Part shown: piece after piece, positions 49,148 through 58,161 of the stretch | How the letters are laid out: the number at the start of each line of letters is the position of its first letter | Position numbering within the stretch: the stretch's first letter is position 1 | NCBI GenBank assembly: GCA_964600685.1 | Contig: CAZRKU010000003.1 | Coordinates: 196-64,195 of the forward strand | From: an uncultured Frigidibacter sp. | GTDB taxonomy: Bacteria > Pseudomonadota > Alphaproteobacteria > Rhodobacterales > Rhodobacteraceae | Length of the DNA: 64,000 nucleotides | Direction: 5' to 3' | Notes under the pieces: model-generated | What the model was told of the DNA's origin: nothing | Database searches by the model: none | Seen by the model: only the letters and a program-made list of their open reading frames with translations | Program-made: the position numbers and the translations under genes

Positions 49148-50523
49148 TGGCGTTCCGGTCTTTCGTGCTTCTGGGGGCAATGCGCACCGGGTCGAACCTG
49201 CTGGAACAAAGCCTGAGTGCGGTACCGGGAATTGCCTGCCATGGCGAATTGTTCAATCCCGCCTTCGTCGGCTATCCCAAGGGCGATCCGCCCTTCGGTC
49301 TGACGCGCGACAGCCGCGATGACGACCCGCTTGCGGTGCTGGCGTGGCTCAGGTCCGCGCCGGGGCTGAACGGCTTCCGGTTTTTCCCCGGCCACGACCC
49401 GCGCGCCCTGAGCGCCGTTCTTGAAGACCGGACCTGCGGCAAGATCATCCTCAGCCGCAATCCGGCCGCGAGTTTCGTGAGCCTCGCCATCGCCCGCAGG
49501 ACGGATCAATGGAAGCTCGGTGATGTGAGGGGACGCCGGAGCGAACGTGTGCGCTTCGACGAGGCCGACTTCCTTCGGCACATCGACCAGTTGGCCGACT
49601 TCCGGCGGACGGTTCGCGAAGGTCTGCAGGTCACCGGCCAGACGGCATTTCATCTGGACTATGCCGACCTGCGGACGCCAGAAGTGCTGGCTGGACTCTT
49701 GCGGTTTCTGGGCGTCACCGGCGAAGCGCCCCGCATCGCGGGGCCGCTTGTGCCGCAAAACCCCGAGCCGCTGACCGAGAAGGTCACGAACCCCTACGAA
49801 ATGGCTGCGGCGCTGTCACGGACCGATCCCTATGGCCTCTCGGATCTCCCGGATTTCGAACTGCGCCGCGGACCGGCAGTGCCGTCCTTCGTCGCTGCGG
49901 GCACGGCCCCGATCCTGTTCATGCCGGTCCTTGCCGGACCGACGGAGCGGGTCGAAAGCTGGATGCAGAGGATCGGGGCACTGCAGCGCGATTTCAGCCA
50001 GGCCAGCCTCAAGGACTGGATGCGCGCGACCGGGCCGCACCGGCGATTCACCGTCCTGCGCCATCCTCTCCTCAGGGCCTATGCCGCCTATGAACATCTG
50101 ATGCTGACGGAGGCGGAGCCTGACCTGCGCGAGCAGATCGCGCGACGCTACAAGATCAGCACCGACACGGACGCTGCCAGCCGCAGCGCCGGTTTTGCCG
50201 CCTTTCTGCGCTTTCTCGCGGCCAATCTGCACGGGCAGACGCCGGTGCGCACCGCAGCGAGGTGGGCAAGCCAGACGACGGTTCTGCAGGGGTTCCAGAC
50301 CTTCGCGCCACCCGACCTGATCGCCCGCGAGGATCGGTTGCAGACCGATCTCGGCGGACTGTGCGCGGCGCTCGGACTGGCCTGCCCGCCTTTTCCGGCG
50401 GTGCCGGACAACCTGGCGGGCCGTCTTGCCGCAATCCACGCGGGCAATATGGAAAAACTGGCGCGGCAAGCCTATCCGCGCGACTATCTGAACTTCGGCT
50501 TTGGCGACTGGCGCGCGGCGTGA
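49147..50523 (+). CDS. Two-domain sulfotransferase (N-terminal NodH/Stf0-like, C-terminal sulfotransferase-family-2-like)
   Basis: N-domain: FVLLGAMRTGSNLLE (5'-PSB-like P-loop) and ILSRNPAASFVS (3'-PB-like). C-domain: FTVLRHPLLRAYAAYEH ... YPRDYLNFGF, reminiscent of Sulfotransfer_2. The ATG shares 1 nt with the upstream TGA. Confidence 0.62.
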   Translation: MAFRSFVLLGAMRTGSNLLEQSLSAVPGIACHGELFNPAFVGYPKGDPPFGLTRDSRDDDPLAVLAWLRSAPGLNGFRFFPGHDPRALSAVLEDRTCGKIILSRNPAASFVSLAIARRTDQWKLGDVRGRRSERVRFDEADFLRHIDQLADFRRTVREGLQVTGQTAFHLDYADLRTPEVLAGLLRFLGVTGEAPRIAGPLVPQNPEPLTEKVTNPYEMAAALSRTDPYGLSDLPDFELRRGPAVPSFVAAGTAPILFMPVLAGPTERVESWMQRIGALQRDFSQASLKDWMRATGPHRRFTVLRHPLLRAYAAYEHLMLTEAEPDLREQIARRYKISTDTDAASRSAGFAAFLRFLAANLHGQTPVRTAARWASQTTVLQGFQTFAPPDLIAREDRLQTDLGGLCAALGLACPPFPAVPDNLAGRLAAIHAGNMEKLARQAYPRDYLNFGFGDWRAA

Positions 50524-50544
50524 CTGCGGCGCGCGCCGAGGCTT

Positions 50545-51009
50545 TCAGGCCGCCTGCGTCGACCGGCTTGAGGTCAGAACTGCGTGCAGCGCCGCCGGAT
50601 CGCTGTTCTTGCGCAGTTTCGCGCGCGTTGCTTCATCACGCATGGTGCGCGACACGGCGGCAAGCGCTTTCAGATGCTCGACGCCTGAATCTTTCGGCGC
50701 AAAGAGCGCGAAGATCAGATCGACCGGAACCCGGTCGACGGAATCGAAGTCAAGCGGCCGTTCGAGGCGGATGAAAATGCCGGCGACCTTGTTCAGACCG
50801 TGCAGCCGCGCATGGGGCAAGGCGACACCATGCCCCACGCCGGTCGGACCCAGCGTTTCACGTTCCTGAAGCGCATCGACCGTCATTGCGGCATCCATCC
50901 CGTAGATGGTCTGCGCTATGTCGCCCAGATCCTGAAACAACCGCTTTTTGCTTGCGCTGCCGGCCATGACGCGCACAGCGCCCTGGCTGAGAAAGCTCGA
51001 AAGGTCCAT
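50545..51009 (-). CDS. ptsN: PTS IIA-like nitrogen-regulatory protein (EIIA-Ntr)
   Basis: 154 aa with the GVALPHARL phosphorylatable-His motif, downstream of hpf. Confidence 0.88.
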   Translation of the reverse strand: MDLSSFLSQGAVRVMAGSASKKRLFQDLGDIAQTIYGMDAAMTVDALQERETLGPTGVGHGVALPHARLHGLNKVAGIFIRLERPLDFDSVDRVPVDLIFALFAPKDSGVEHLKALAAVSRTMRDEATRAKLRKNSDPAALHAVLTSSRSTQAA

Positions 51010-51045
51010 TCGTTCTTCTATCCTGCTGCCGCCGAAGCGCTGCCC

Positions 51046-51621
51046 CTAGCTGCGCTCGGCCGGATCAATCCAGCCTACATTCCGGTCTTCGCGGCGATAG
51101 ACGACATTCACGCCACCATGTTTTTCGTTGCGAAAGACCAGAAGCGGCGCGCCCGCCAGTTCCATCTGCATCACCGCCTCGCCCACCGACAGGGACGGAA
51201 TCCGGGTTTCGGTTTCCGCGATGATGATTGGTTGCAGGGTCGCTGTCTCTGTCTCGTCCGCGCCTTCGTCGGCGGCCAGCACATATACGGAGGCATCGTT
51301 GAATTCAACCGGCCCGCGCCGGTCGCGGTGGTGGTCGCGCAGGCGGCGCTTGTAGCGGCGCACCTGCTTGTCGAGCTTTTCGCGGGCGGATTCAAACGCC
51401 GCATAGACTTCATGCGCTTGTCCCTTCGAGGCGGCATTGAGGCCGGTCGAAAGATGCACGGTCACTTCACAGGTGTAGCTGCTGGCATCACGGGCAAAAA
51501 CCACCGTGGAATCGGTCGGGCGTTGCGCATATTTCTCGAAAGTCTCACCCAGTTCGGCGCGGACATGGGTTTGCAGGGCGTCGCCCACATCCATCTGTCT
51601 GCCGCTGATCTGATAACGCAT
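51046..51621 (-). CDS. hpf: Ribosome hibernation-promoting factor (long HPF / sigma-54 modulation protein family)
   Basis: MRYQISGRQMDVGDALQTHV..., 191 aa with the C-terminal dimerisation domain (LLVFRNEKHGGVNVVYRRED). Confidence 0.9.
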   Translation of the reverse strand: MRYQISGRQMDVGDALQTHVRAELGETFEKYAQRPTDSTVVFARDASSYTCEVTVHLSTGLNAASKGQAHEVYAAFESAREKLDKQVRRYKRRLRDHHRDRRGPVEFNDASVYVLAADEGADETETATLQPIIIAETETRIPSLSVGEAVMQMELAGAPLLVFRNEKHGGVNVVYRREDRNVGWIDPAERS

Positions 51622-52013
51622 CGTGACCTCCTGTGCGTGCTTCTATCCGGTCCCGACAAATTTGCCGGACCTGCGGATGGGTCGTATCTGGGAAGCATGA
51701 GGGCAACCGGTCCGACCCGTGCCATCGCGCCGAATCAGGTCCGGCGGCAGGGCAGATAGGGGGACGGGATGCGCATTCATTTGCTGATATCTGGCTCCAC
51801 ATCGGGCCGCCCTGTCAACCGCTTCCTGATTGAGGTGGGCCTGCAAAGGGGTCGCGGCAAGGGGCGCGCGTCGCTTTTCGCAGGTTCGGCAAATTGCCGC
51901 CGCACGACCAAGCTTTTTCGGGCGTTCGCAAACCGGCAACGTCGTATTCGGCACAGCCCGGGTGGCAGAGGGACTCCGGCAACCGTTTGCCGCGACAGGC
52001 GCAACAATAGCCG

Positions 52014-52775
52014 TCAGGAAATGCGAAAGGACTGGCCAAGATACACGCGCCGCACGTTTTCGTCGCGCACCACTTCGTCTGCCGTGCCGCTCATCAGCAC
52101 GGTTCCGTCGTGCAATATGTAAGCCCGGTCGACGATTTCGAGCGTCTCGCGCACATTATGATCGGTGATCAGCACGCCAATGCCGCGTTCCTTCAGATCA
52201 TGCACCAGGCTGCGGATGTCGCCGACCGAAATCGGATCGACGCCTGCGAACGGTTCGTCCAGCAGCAGATATTTGGGGTTCGCGGCCAGACAGCGGGCGA
52301 TTTCCACCCGCCGGCGCTCGCCGCCCGACAGCGCCAGCGCGGGCGCTCGCCGCAAATGCTCAACCGAGAAATCCGACAATAGTTCCTCAAGGCGTTCACG
52401 GCGCTTGTGGCTGTCCGTCTCGGTGATCTCCAGCACCGCGAGGATGTTGTCTTCGACCGACAGGCCGCGGAAGATCGACACTTCCTGTGGCAGATAGCCG
52501 ATCCCCAACCGCGCGCGGCGATACATCGGCAGACCGGTCACATCCTGTCCGTCGATCGTCACCTGCCCGCTGTCGGGGGTGATGAGGCCCGCGATATTGT
52601 AGAAGCAGGTCGTCTTGCCCGAGCCGTTGGGCCCGAGAAGCGCCACCACCTCGCCCCGCGCCAGGTCCATCGACACGTCGCGGATCACCGGGCGGCGGCG
52701 GTAACTCTTGCGCAAGTGGCGGACCTTCAGGCCGGCGCTGCCTTCGGCGATGCTCAGGGTTGGCTGGGGGGCCAT
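52014..52775 (-). CDS. lptB: LPS export ABC transporter ATP-binding protein
   Basis: Walker A GPNGSGKTT, signature LSGGERRRVEIAR and Walker B LLLDEP. The ATG at 52775 abuts the lptA stop. The track ORF extends to 52850. Confidence 0.92.
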   Translation of the reverse strand: MAPQPTLSIAEGSAGLKVRHLRKSYRRRPVIRDVSMDLARGEVVALLGPNGSGKTTCFYNIAGLITPDSGQVTIDGQDVTGLPMYRRARLGIGYLPQEVSIFRGLSVEDNILAVLEITETDSHKRRERLEELLSDFSVEHLRRAPALALSGGERRRVEIARCLAANPKYLLLDEPFAGVDPISVGDIRSLVHDLKERGIGVLITDHNVRETLEIVDRAYILHDGTVLMSGTADEVVRDENVRRVYLGQSFRIS

Positions 52776-52776
52776 G

Positions 52777-53271
52777 TCAGTTCCCCGCCGGTTGCAGGAT
52801 GGTACGCACCCGACCGTCCATCCGGCCGGTGCCATCCGCGATGTTGACAATCAGCGCCTCGCCGCTCATCACGTTGCCCGCCTGGGTCAGAACGACATCG
52901 CCGGTCATTTCCAGCTGCTGGCTGGTCAGCGTATAGACCGCGCGGGCGCTTTCCGCCGCTTCGGCCGGGGTCGAGAGGAGGACGTTGCCTTCGGCGATCA
53001 GCCGGTCGATCTTGGTCTTGTCGCCCTGTACATATTCCACTGTCAGCAGATCGGAGGACAGGCGCAGCCCGCCCTGAATGACCAGCACGTTACCGGCGAA
53101 CTGAGCGGTTGAAGCCGATTGTGTGATCTCAAGCTGGTCTGCGGTAATCTCGACCGGATCACCCGCCCCCGCGCGCAGCCCTTCGAAGGCGAGGCCGGTT
53201 TCCTGGGCAAGGGCTGCCCCGGCCTGCGCGAGCGCCAGCACAAGTGTCAGAACTTTAAACGTGGCACTCAT
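52777..53271 (-). CDS. lptA: LPS transport periplasmic protein LptA (OstA-like)
   Basis: Signal peptide MSATFKVLTLVLALAQAGAALA and an OstA N-terminal-type beta-jellyroll repeat pattern. It sits between lptC and lptB. Confidence 0.8.
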   Translation of the reverse strand: MSATFKVLTLVLALAQAGAALAQETGLAFEGLRAGAGDPVEITADQLEITQSASTAQFAGNVLVIQGGLRLSSDLLTVEYVQGDKTKIDRLIAEGNVLLSTPAEAAESARAVYTLTSQQLEMTGDVVLTQAGNVMSGEALIVNIADGTGRMDGRVRTILQPAGN

Positions 53272-53879
53272 GGCGTTCCCTCGGTCTGAGGCGTGTATAT
53301 CAGCCGGACCCCCCCTTTGAAAACCATCCGCTGATCGCCGGAGCGGCCGACGATCCGCAGGGTTTCGGCGTTGATCTTGCCGAGAGGTGCCGTGCCGGTG
53401 ACATTGCCTCCGGCAGAAAGTTCAGTCGCGTCGAGCGCGCCCAGCATCTGGTCAGACCGCAGGTCATAGCCGTCCGACGTTCTCACCATCACGTCGCCCT
53501 CCAGATGCAGAAGGCTTCCGCCGACGTCGAGCCGCCCCACGTTGGCACGGACAGAGATCAGCTGGCCGGGGGCGGTTTCATAGATGGCCACGACATCCTC
53601 GGCCGTCAGCGGGTCACCCTCGGTCGCGCCGGGGCGGGCGGCTGTGGCTGCGACCCGCACCGCTGCGCCATCACTGGTGACGCCGGAAAACTCGGGGGCC
53701 GACAGGCGCGGGTCATTGGCCAGCGCGTTGATGTCCACCTCGGCGTAGGGAAGCGAGCCTTCGAAGTCGATGCGGCGGGCGAACAGGAACAGCGTCGAGA
53801 GGATCGCCAGCGCCACGATCGGCAACGTCACCTTCAGCCAGAAGACCAGACGTGAATGTCGGCTGAGCGGCGCGGCCAT
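53268..53879 (-). CDS. lptC: LPS export system protein LptC
   Basis: Single N-terminal TM helix (LVFWLKVTLPIVALAILSTLFLF), about 200 aa, positioned between kdsD and lptA. The track ORF extends to 53948. Confidence 0.7.
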   Translation of the reverse strand: MAAPLSRHSRLVFWLKVTLPIVALAILSTLFLFARRIDFEGSLPYAEVDINALANDPRLSAPEFSGVTSDGAAVRVAATAARPGATEGDPLTAEDVVAIYETAPGQLISVRANVGRLDVGGSLLHLEGDVMVRTSDGYDLRSDQMLGALDATELSAGGNVTGTAPLGKINAETLRIVGRSGDQRMVFKGGVRLIYTPQTEGTP

Positions 53880-53883
53880 CGGA

Positions 53884-54852
53884 TCAGACGACGCCCGCGC
53901 GCAGGCAGTCGTGGATGTTGAGGATACCCGCCGCGCGCCCGTCTCCATCGGGGTTGACCACGAAAAGGCAGGTAATCGCCCGGTCCTTCATCAGTGCGAC
54001 GGCCTTTTCGGCGACGGCGCCCGGCGCCACGGTGCGCGGATCGCGGGTCATGACCTCGGCGGCCGTGTGCGACAGGAGGCCGTCCATATGTCGCCTGAGA
54101 TCGCCGTCGGTGACGATGCCGGTCAGACGGCCCCTGGCATCGGTCACGCCGGCCACACCGAAGCCCTTCCGGCTCATCTCCAGCAGCACATCGCCCATCG
54201 GCGTATCCTCTGTGACCAGCGGGATGGCTTCGTCCGCGTGCATCAGCTCGGCGACCTTGATCAGTTTGGCGCCCAGCTTGCCGCCGGGGTGGAAGGTGCG
54301 GAAGTGATCCGGCGTGAAGCGGCGATGTTCCATCAGCGCCACCGCCATCGCGTCCCCAAGCGCCAGTGTCATGGTGGTCGAGGTGGTGGGCACGATCCCG
54401 GTGCCGCAGGCTTCCGCCGCCTTGGGCAGGAGGATCGCCACATCCGCCTGGGTCAGAAGGGTGGACCCCTCGCGGCTGGCCACGCCGATCAGCGGGATGT
54501 TGAAGCGGCGGGTATGGGCGACGATGTCGGACAGTTCCGGTGTTTCGCCGGAGTTCGACAGGACCAGCGCCACATCGCCTTCGGTCACCATGCCGAGATC
54601 GCCGTGACTGGCTTCCGCCGGATGCACGAACTGCGCCGGGGTGCCGGTGGAGGCGAAGGTGGCGGCAATCTTGCGCCCGATATGGCCCGACTTGCCCATG
54701 CCAGAGACGACGACCCGGCCCTTCGCCTGCAGGATCAGGTTGATCGCAGCGGAAAACGACCCGTCCAGCGTTGCGGCAAGGATGGCCAGCCCGTCCGCCT
54801 CGATCCCGATCACGCGGCGGGCGGTGGCGAGGAATGTCTCAGGTCCGGTCAT
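53884..54852 (-). CDS. kdsD: Arabinose-5-phosphate isomerase (KpsF/GutQ/KdsD family)
   Basis: SIS domain (VVVSGMGKSGHIGRKIAATFASTGTPA) plus tandem CBS domains. I prefer the ATG at 54852, which leaves a 1-nt gap after the rnd stop. The track ORF extends to 54966. Confidence 0.9.
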   Translation of the reverse strand: MTGPETFLATARRVIGIEADGLAILAATLDGSFSAAINLILQAKGRVVVSGMGKSGHIGRKIAATFASTGTPAQFVHPAEASHGDLGMVTEGDVALVLSNSGETPELSDIVAHTRRFNIPLIGVASREGSTLLTQADVAILLPKAAEACGTGIVPTTSTTMTLALGDAMAVALMEHRRFTPDHFRTFHPGGKLGAKLIKVAELMHADEAIPLVTEDTPMGDVLLEMSRKGFGVAGVTDARGRLTGIVTDGDLRRHMDGLLSHTAAEVMTRDPRTVAPGAVAEKAVALMKDRAITCLFVVNPDGDGRAAGILNIHDCLRAGVV

Positions 54853-54853
54853 G

Positions 54854-55468
54854 TCAGTGGGAGAAGATGTCTGCGTCATCGCCCCAGCCCAGAAGATCCA
54901 GTTCCGCTCGTGTCGGCAGGAAGTCATAGCAGGACTGCGCGAGCCCGCGGCGGCCTTCCCGCTCAAGACGCAGATCGAGTTCGGCTTTCAGCCGGTGCAG
55001 ATAGAGCACGTCAGACGCGGCATATTCCATCTGCGCCTCGCTGAGTGTCGGCGATCCCCAGTCGGAGGTCTGCTGTTGCTTGGAAACATCGACGCCCAGC
55101 AGTTCCTGAAGCAGATATTTCAGCCCGTGCCGGTCGGTGAAGGTGCGCACCAGCTTGGCCGCGATCTTGGTGCAATAGACCGGCGCGGTCGTGACCCCGA
55201 AGGCGGTCTTCAGGGCGGCAATGTCGAAACGGCCGAAATGGAACAGTTTCAGCACCTTCGGATCGGCCAGCATCCGTTCCAGGTTCGGCGCGGACTTCTG
55301 CCCGCGGGCGATCTGCACCAGACGGGCATTGCCGTCACCCGACGAAAGCTGCACCAGGCACAGCCGGTCGCGGCGCGGATCCAGCCCCATGGTTTCGGTA
55401 TCGATTGCGACGACCGGACCCAGATCGAGGCCGTCGGGCAGGTCATTTTGATGAAGGTGGATCGCCAA
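54854..55468 (-). CDS. rnd: Short-form ribonuclease D / 3'-5' exonuclease
   Basis: 204 aa with DEDD motifs (VAIDTETMGL; FHFGRFDIAAL; YAASDVLYL). Confidence 0.8.
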   Translation of the reverse strand: MAIHLHQNDLPDGLDLGPVVAIDTETMGLDPRRDRLCLVQLSSGDGNARLVQIARGQKSAPNLERMLADPKVLKLFHFGRFDIAALKTAFGVTTAPVYCTKIAAKLVRTFTDRHGLKYLLQELLGVDVSKQQQTSDWGSPTLSEAQMEYAASDVLYLHRLKAELDLRLEREGRRGLAQSCYDFLPTRAELDLLGWGDDADIFSH

Positions 55469-55575
55469 GGTGTTTGTCCGTTTGCCAGGGTTGCACCCCG
55501 ATTAGACCCGCCCGCCCCGAGGGTCAACGTTTCTGCGGAATGGAAAGCAGAAGCCAGCCGATCTGCGGCCGAACA

Positions 55576-55600
55576 AAAAGCCGCCCGAAGGCGGCTCTTG
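55576..55600 (-). terminator. Rho-independent terminator after tRNA-Leu
   Basis: The minus strand reads CAAGAGCCGCCTTCGGGCGGCTTTTTG: a GCCGCC/GGCGGC stem, TTCG loop and T5 tail. Confidence 0.7.
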
Positions 55601-55603
55601 TAA

Positions 55604-55688
55604 TGGTGCCCAGAAGAGGACTCGAACCTCCACGCCTTGCGGCACTGGTACCTGAAACCAGCGCGTCTACCAATTCCGCCATCTGGGC
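55604..55688 (-). tRNA. tRNA-Leu (anticodon CAG)
   Basis: The reverse complement is GCCCAGATGGCGGAATTGGTAGACGCGCTGGTTTCAGGTACCAGTGCCGCAAGGCGTGGAGGTTCGAGTCCTCTTCTGGGCACCA. It is 85 nt with a long variable arm, anticodon loop TTCAGGT and an encoded CCA. Confidence 0.93.
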
Positions 55689-55835
55689 CGATGTCGTGAC
55701 GGGCGATGTAATGGGGCCTACCGGGAGTGTCAATGGGATTCGAAGCACCGGACAATACCTGTGCCGCACCACAAGATTTTGCTATGAAAACCGCCCCCTG
55801 CCAGTCAGACTGGCGGGACAATCGGAGGGGCGGTC

Positions 55836-56255
55836 ATGTTCGAAGCGTTGAAGGCGGTGCATCTTCTGGGCCTGTTTCTGGGGGGTGCCGCATCGCTTGG
55901 CAACGCGGTTCTTCTGAAACGTGTGCTGGCCGCGGGCGGCCCGCCGCCGCCCATGGTGGCCGATGCCATGCAGGTTCTTGCCAAGATGGGGCTGGGGGCG
56001 ATCCTCGTCCTGTGGGCGACCGGCATTCCGCTGGCGGTGATGACCGGGGCCTTCGCGACGGGCGGCCCGCTTTTTTCGCTGAAGCTTCTCTTGGCGGCCA
56101 TTGTTCTGGTTCTGGTTCCGCTCATGACCTGGCTGCGGTTGCAGATGGCGGCGGGGAAACGCCCGCCCAATCCGGCACTGATCGGGCGGCTGGCGCTGAT
56201 CGTGCGCTGGCTGGTGGTCGCCGCGATCGTGCTTGCGGTCTGGGTCTTCAAATAG
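55836..56255 (+). CDS. Hypothetical integral membrane protein (4 predicted TM helices)
   Basis: 139 aa, MFEALKAVHLLGLFLGGAASLGNAVLL... It is hydrophobic throughout with high GC3. No family recognised. Confidence 0.6.
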   Translation: MFEALKAVHLLGLFLGGAASLGNAVLLKRVLAAGGPPPPMVADAMQVLAKMGLGAILVLWATGIPLAVMTGAFATGGPLFSLKLLLAAIVLVLVPLMTWLRLQMAAGKRPPNPALIGRLALIVRWLVVAAIVLAVWVFK

Positions 56256-56340
56256 CCCGGCTGGCGCGGCCCAATTGCGGCTTGTCTGCCTTGGGGTGGA
56301 AGGTTAAACCCCGGACAATCACCAAAGGGGATCTTGGCCC

Positions 56341-57330
56341 ATGTCCAGACTCGTGACGATCTATGGCGGTTCAGGTTTCGTCGGGCGGCAGATTGCCCGA
56401 CTGATGGCCAAGGAAGGCTGGCGCGTGCGCGTGGCCTGCCGCCGCCCGAACGAGGCCCTGTTCGTCAAACCCTATGGCGCGGTCGGCCAGGTCGAGCCGG
56501 TCTTTTGCAATGTGCGCGACGATGGATCGGTCGCCGCCGCGATGGCCGGGGCAAGTGCTGTGGTCAACTGCGTCGGCACGTTCGACAAGGGCGGCCGGAA
56601 CAGTTTTGAAGCCGTTCAGGTCGAGGCCGCCGGGCGTATTGCCCGCATCGCGGCGCAGCAGGGTGCGGCGCAACTGGTGCATCTGTCGGCGATCGGCGCG
56701 GATGCGGGGTCCGAGAGCCTGTATCAGCAGACCAAGGCCGAGGGCGAAAGGCGTGTCCGCGACGCTTTCCCCGGCGCGGTGATCCTGCGCCCCTCGGTGA
56801 TCTTCGGGCCGGGCGACGGGTTCTTCAACCGGTTCGCCGGACAAAGCCGCCTTGGGCCGGTCCTGCCGATCATCGGCGCAGAGACGAAGTTCCAGCCGGT
56901 CTATGTGGAAGATGTGGCCCAAGCCGCCGTCAAGGGGGCGCTGGGGCTGGCCCGGCCGGGGGTCTATGAACTTGGCGGACCGGATGTGGAGACGTTCCGC
57001 GCCCTGATGGGCCGGATGCTGACCATCATCGGGCGGCGCCGACTGGTGCTGAACCTGCCCTTCCGGGTCGGCGGCATGATCGGTGGTGCGCTGGATGTCG
57101 GATCCGCCCTGACGCTCGGCCTGGTCAAGAACCGGATCCTGACCCGCGATCAGGTGAAGAGCCTGCGGGTGGACAATATCGTCGCGCCGGAGGCAAGGGG
57201 GCTTTCCGATCTGGGGATCACCCCCACGGCGATGGGCGCGGTCCTGCCGGACTATCTTTGGCGGTTCCGCCGGGACGGCCAGTATGCGGCAATCATGGCT
57301 TCGGCCAAGAACCTGCGCAAACAGGGCTGA
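56341..57330 (+). CDS. NAD(P)H-binding SDR, complex I NDUFA9-subunit-like
   Basis: [15 protein letters not shown] Rossmann motif, 329 aa. The overall pattern matches the alphaproteobacterial NDUFA9-like family. Confidence 0.78.
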   Translation: MSRLVTIYGGSGFVGRQIARLMAKEGWRVRVACRRPNEALFVKPYGAVGQVEPVFCNVRDDGSVAAAMAGASAVVNCVGTFDKGGRNSFEAVQVEAAGRIARIAAQQGAAQLVHLSAIGADAGSESLYQQTKAEGERRVRDAFPGAVILRPSVIFGPGDGFFNRFAGQSRLGPVLPIIGAETKFQPVYVEDVAQAAVKGALGLARPGVYELGGPDVETFRALMGRMLTIIGRRRLVLNLPFRVGGMIGGALDVGSALTLGLVKNRILTRDQVKSLRVDNIVAPEARGLSDLGITPTAMGAVLPDYLWRFRRDGQYAAIMASAKNLRKQG

Positions 57331-57357
57331 CACAAGCCGACCTCAAGGAGCTGCCAG

Positions 57358-58161
57358 ATGGCGGGAAACCCGTTCGACGCCCTGATCCTCGGGCTCCTGG
57401 AGGGGCTGACCGAATTCATCCCCGTCTCCTCGACCGGCCATATCCTGCTTGCCGGACATTTCCTGGGGTTCGAGAGCACCGGCAAGGTGTTCGAGGTGGT
57501 GATCCAGCTCGGTGCGATCCTGGCAGTGATGGGCGTCTATGCCACGCGGCTGATCCGGCTGATCCGTGGACTCGGGCGCGATCCGGCGGAGCTTCGGTTC
57601 CTCGTCTCGATCCTTCTGGCCTTTTTCCCGGCGGCCTTCGCCGGGCTTCTGGCGCATGATTTCATCAAGAGCTACCTGTTTGAATCGCCCCGCCTGATCG
57701 CGACGATGTTGATCGTCGGGGGGGCGGTGCTTCTTGTGGTGGATCGGCTGCCGCTCAGGCCGCGCCACCATGAAACGGACCGGCTGCCCTTCCGGGTGGC
57801 GCTCGGTATCGGGCTGGTCCAGTGCCTCGCGCTCATCCCCGGTGTGTCGCGGTCCGGCTCGACCATCGTGGGCGCCATGCTGATGGGCGTCGACAAGCGC
57901 ACGGCGGCGGAGTTTTCCTTCTACCTGTCCATGCCAACCATGTCGGCAGCCTTTGCCTATGACCTCTACAAGAACCGCGATGCGCTGGACGGCGCGGCGA
58001 TGGGCGACATCGCCATCGGCTTTCTCGCTGCCTTCATCGCCGCCGTGTTCGTGGTGCGCTGGGTGCTGGGCTACATCAGCCGTCATGGATTTGCGCTGTT
58101 CGGCTGGTGGAGAATCGTCGTCGGCCTGGCGGCCTGGGCGGCCCTGTGGGCCGGATTTTGA
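57358..58161 (+). CDS. uppP: Undecaprenyl-diphosphate phosphatase
   Basis: [18 protein letters not shown] and [10 protein letters not shown] motifs, 267 aa, 8 TM helices. Confidence 0.92.
   Translation: MAGNPFDALILGLLEGLTEFIPVSSTGHILLAGHFLGFESTGKVFEVVIQLGAILAVMGVYATRLIRLIRGLGRDPAELRFLVSILLAFFPAAFAGLLAHDFIKSYLFESPRLIATMLIVGGAVLLVVDRLPLRPRHHETDRLPFRVALGIGLVQCLALIPGVSRSGSTIVGAMLMGVDKRTAAEFSFYLSMPTMSAAFAYDLYKNRDALDGAAMGDIAIGFLAAFIAAVFVVRWVLGYISRHGFALFGWWRIVVGLAAWAALWAGF

Noticed and set aside
51622-52013. Sigma-54 (-24/-12) promoter in the lptB-hpf gap
   Set aside because: The nearest candidate on the hpf strand is GGCAC-N12-TTGC. The spacing is far from the TGGCAC-N5-TTGC consensus, so it is not called.
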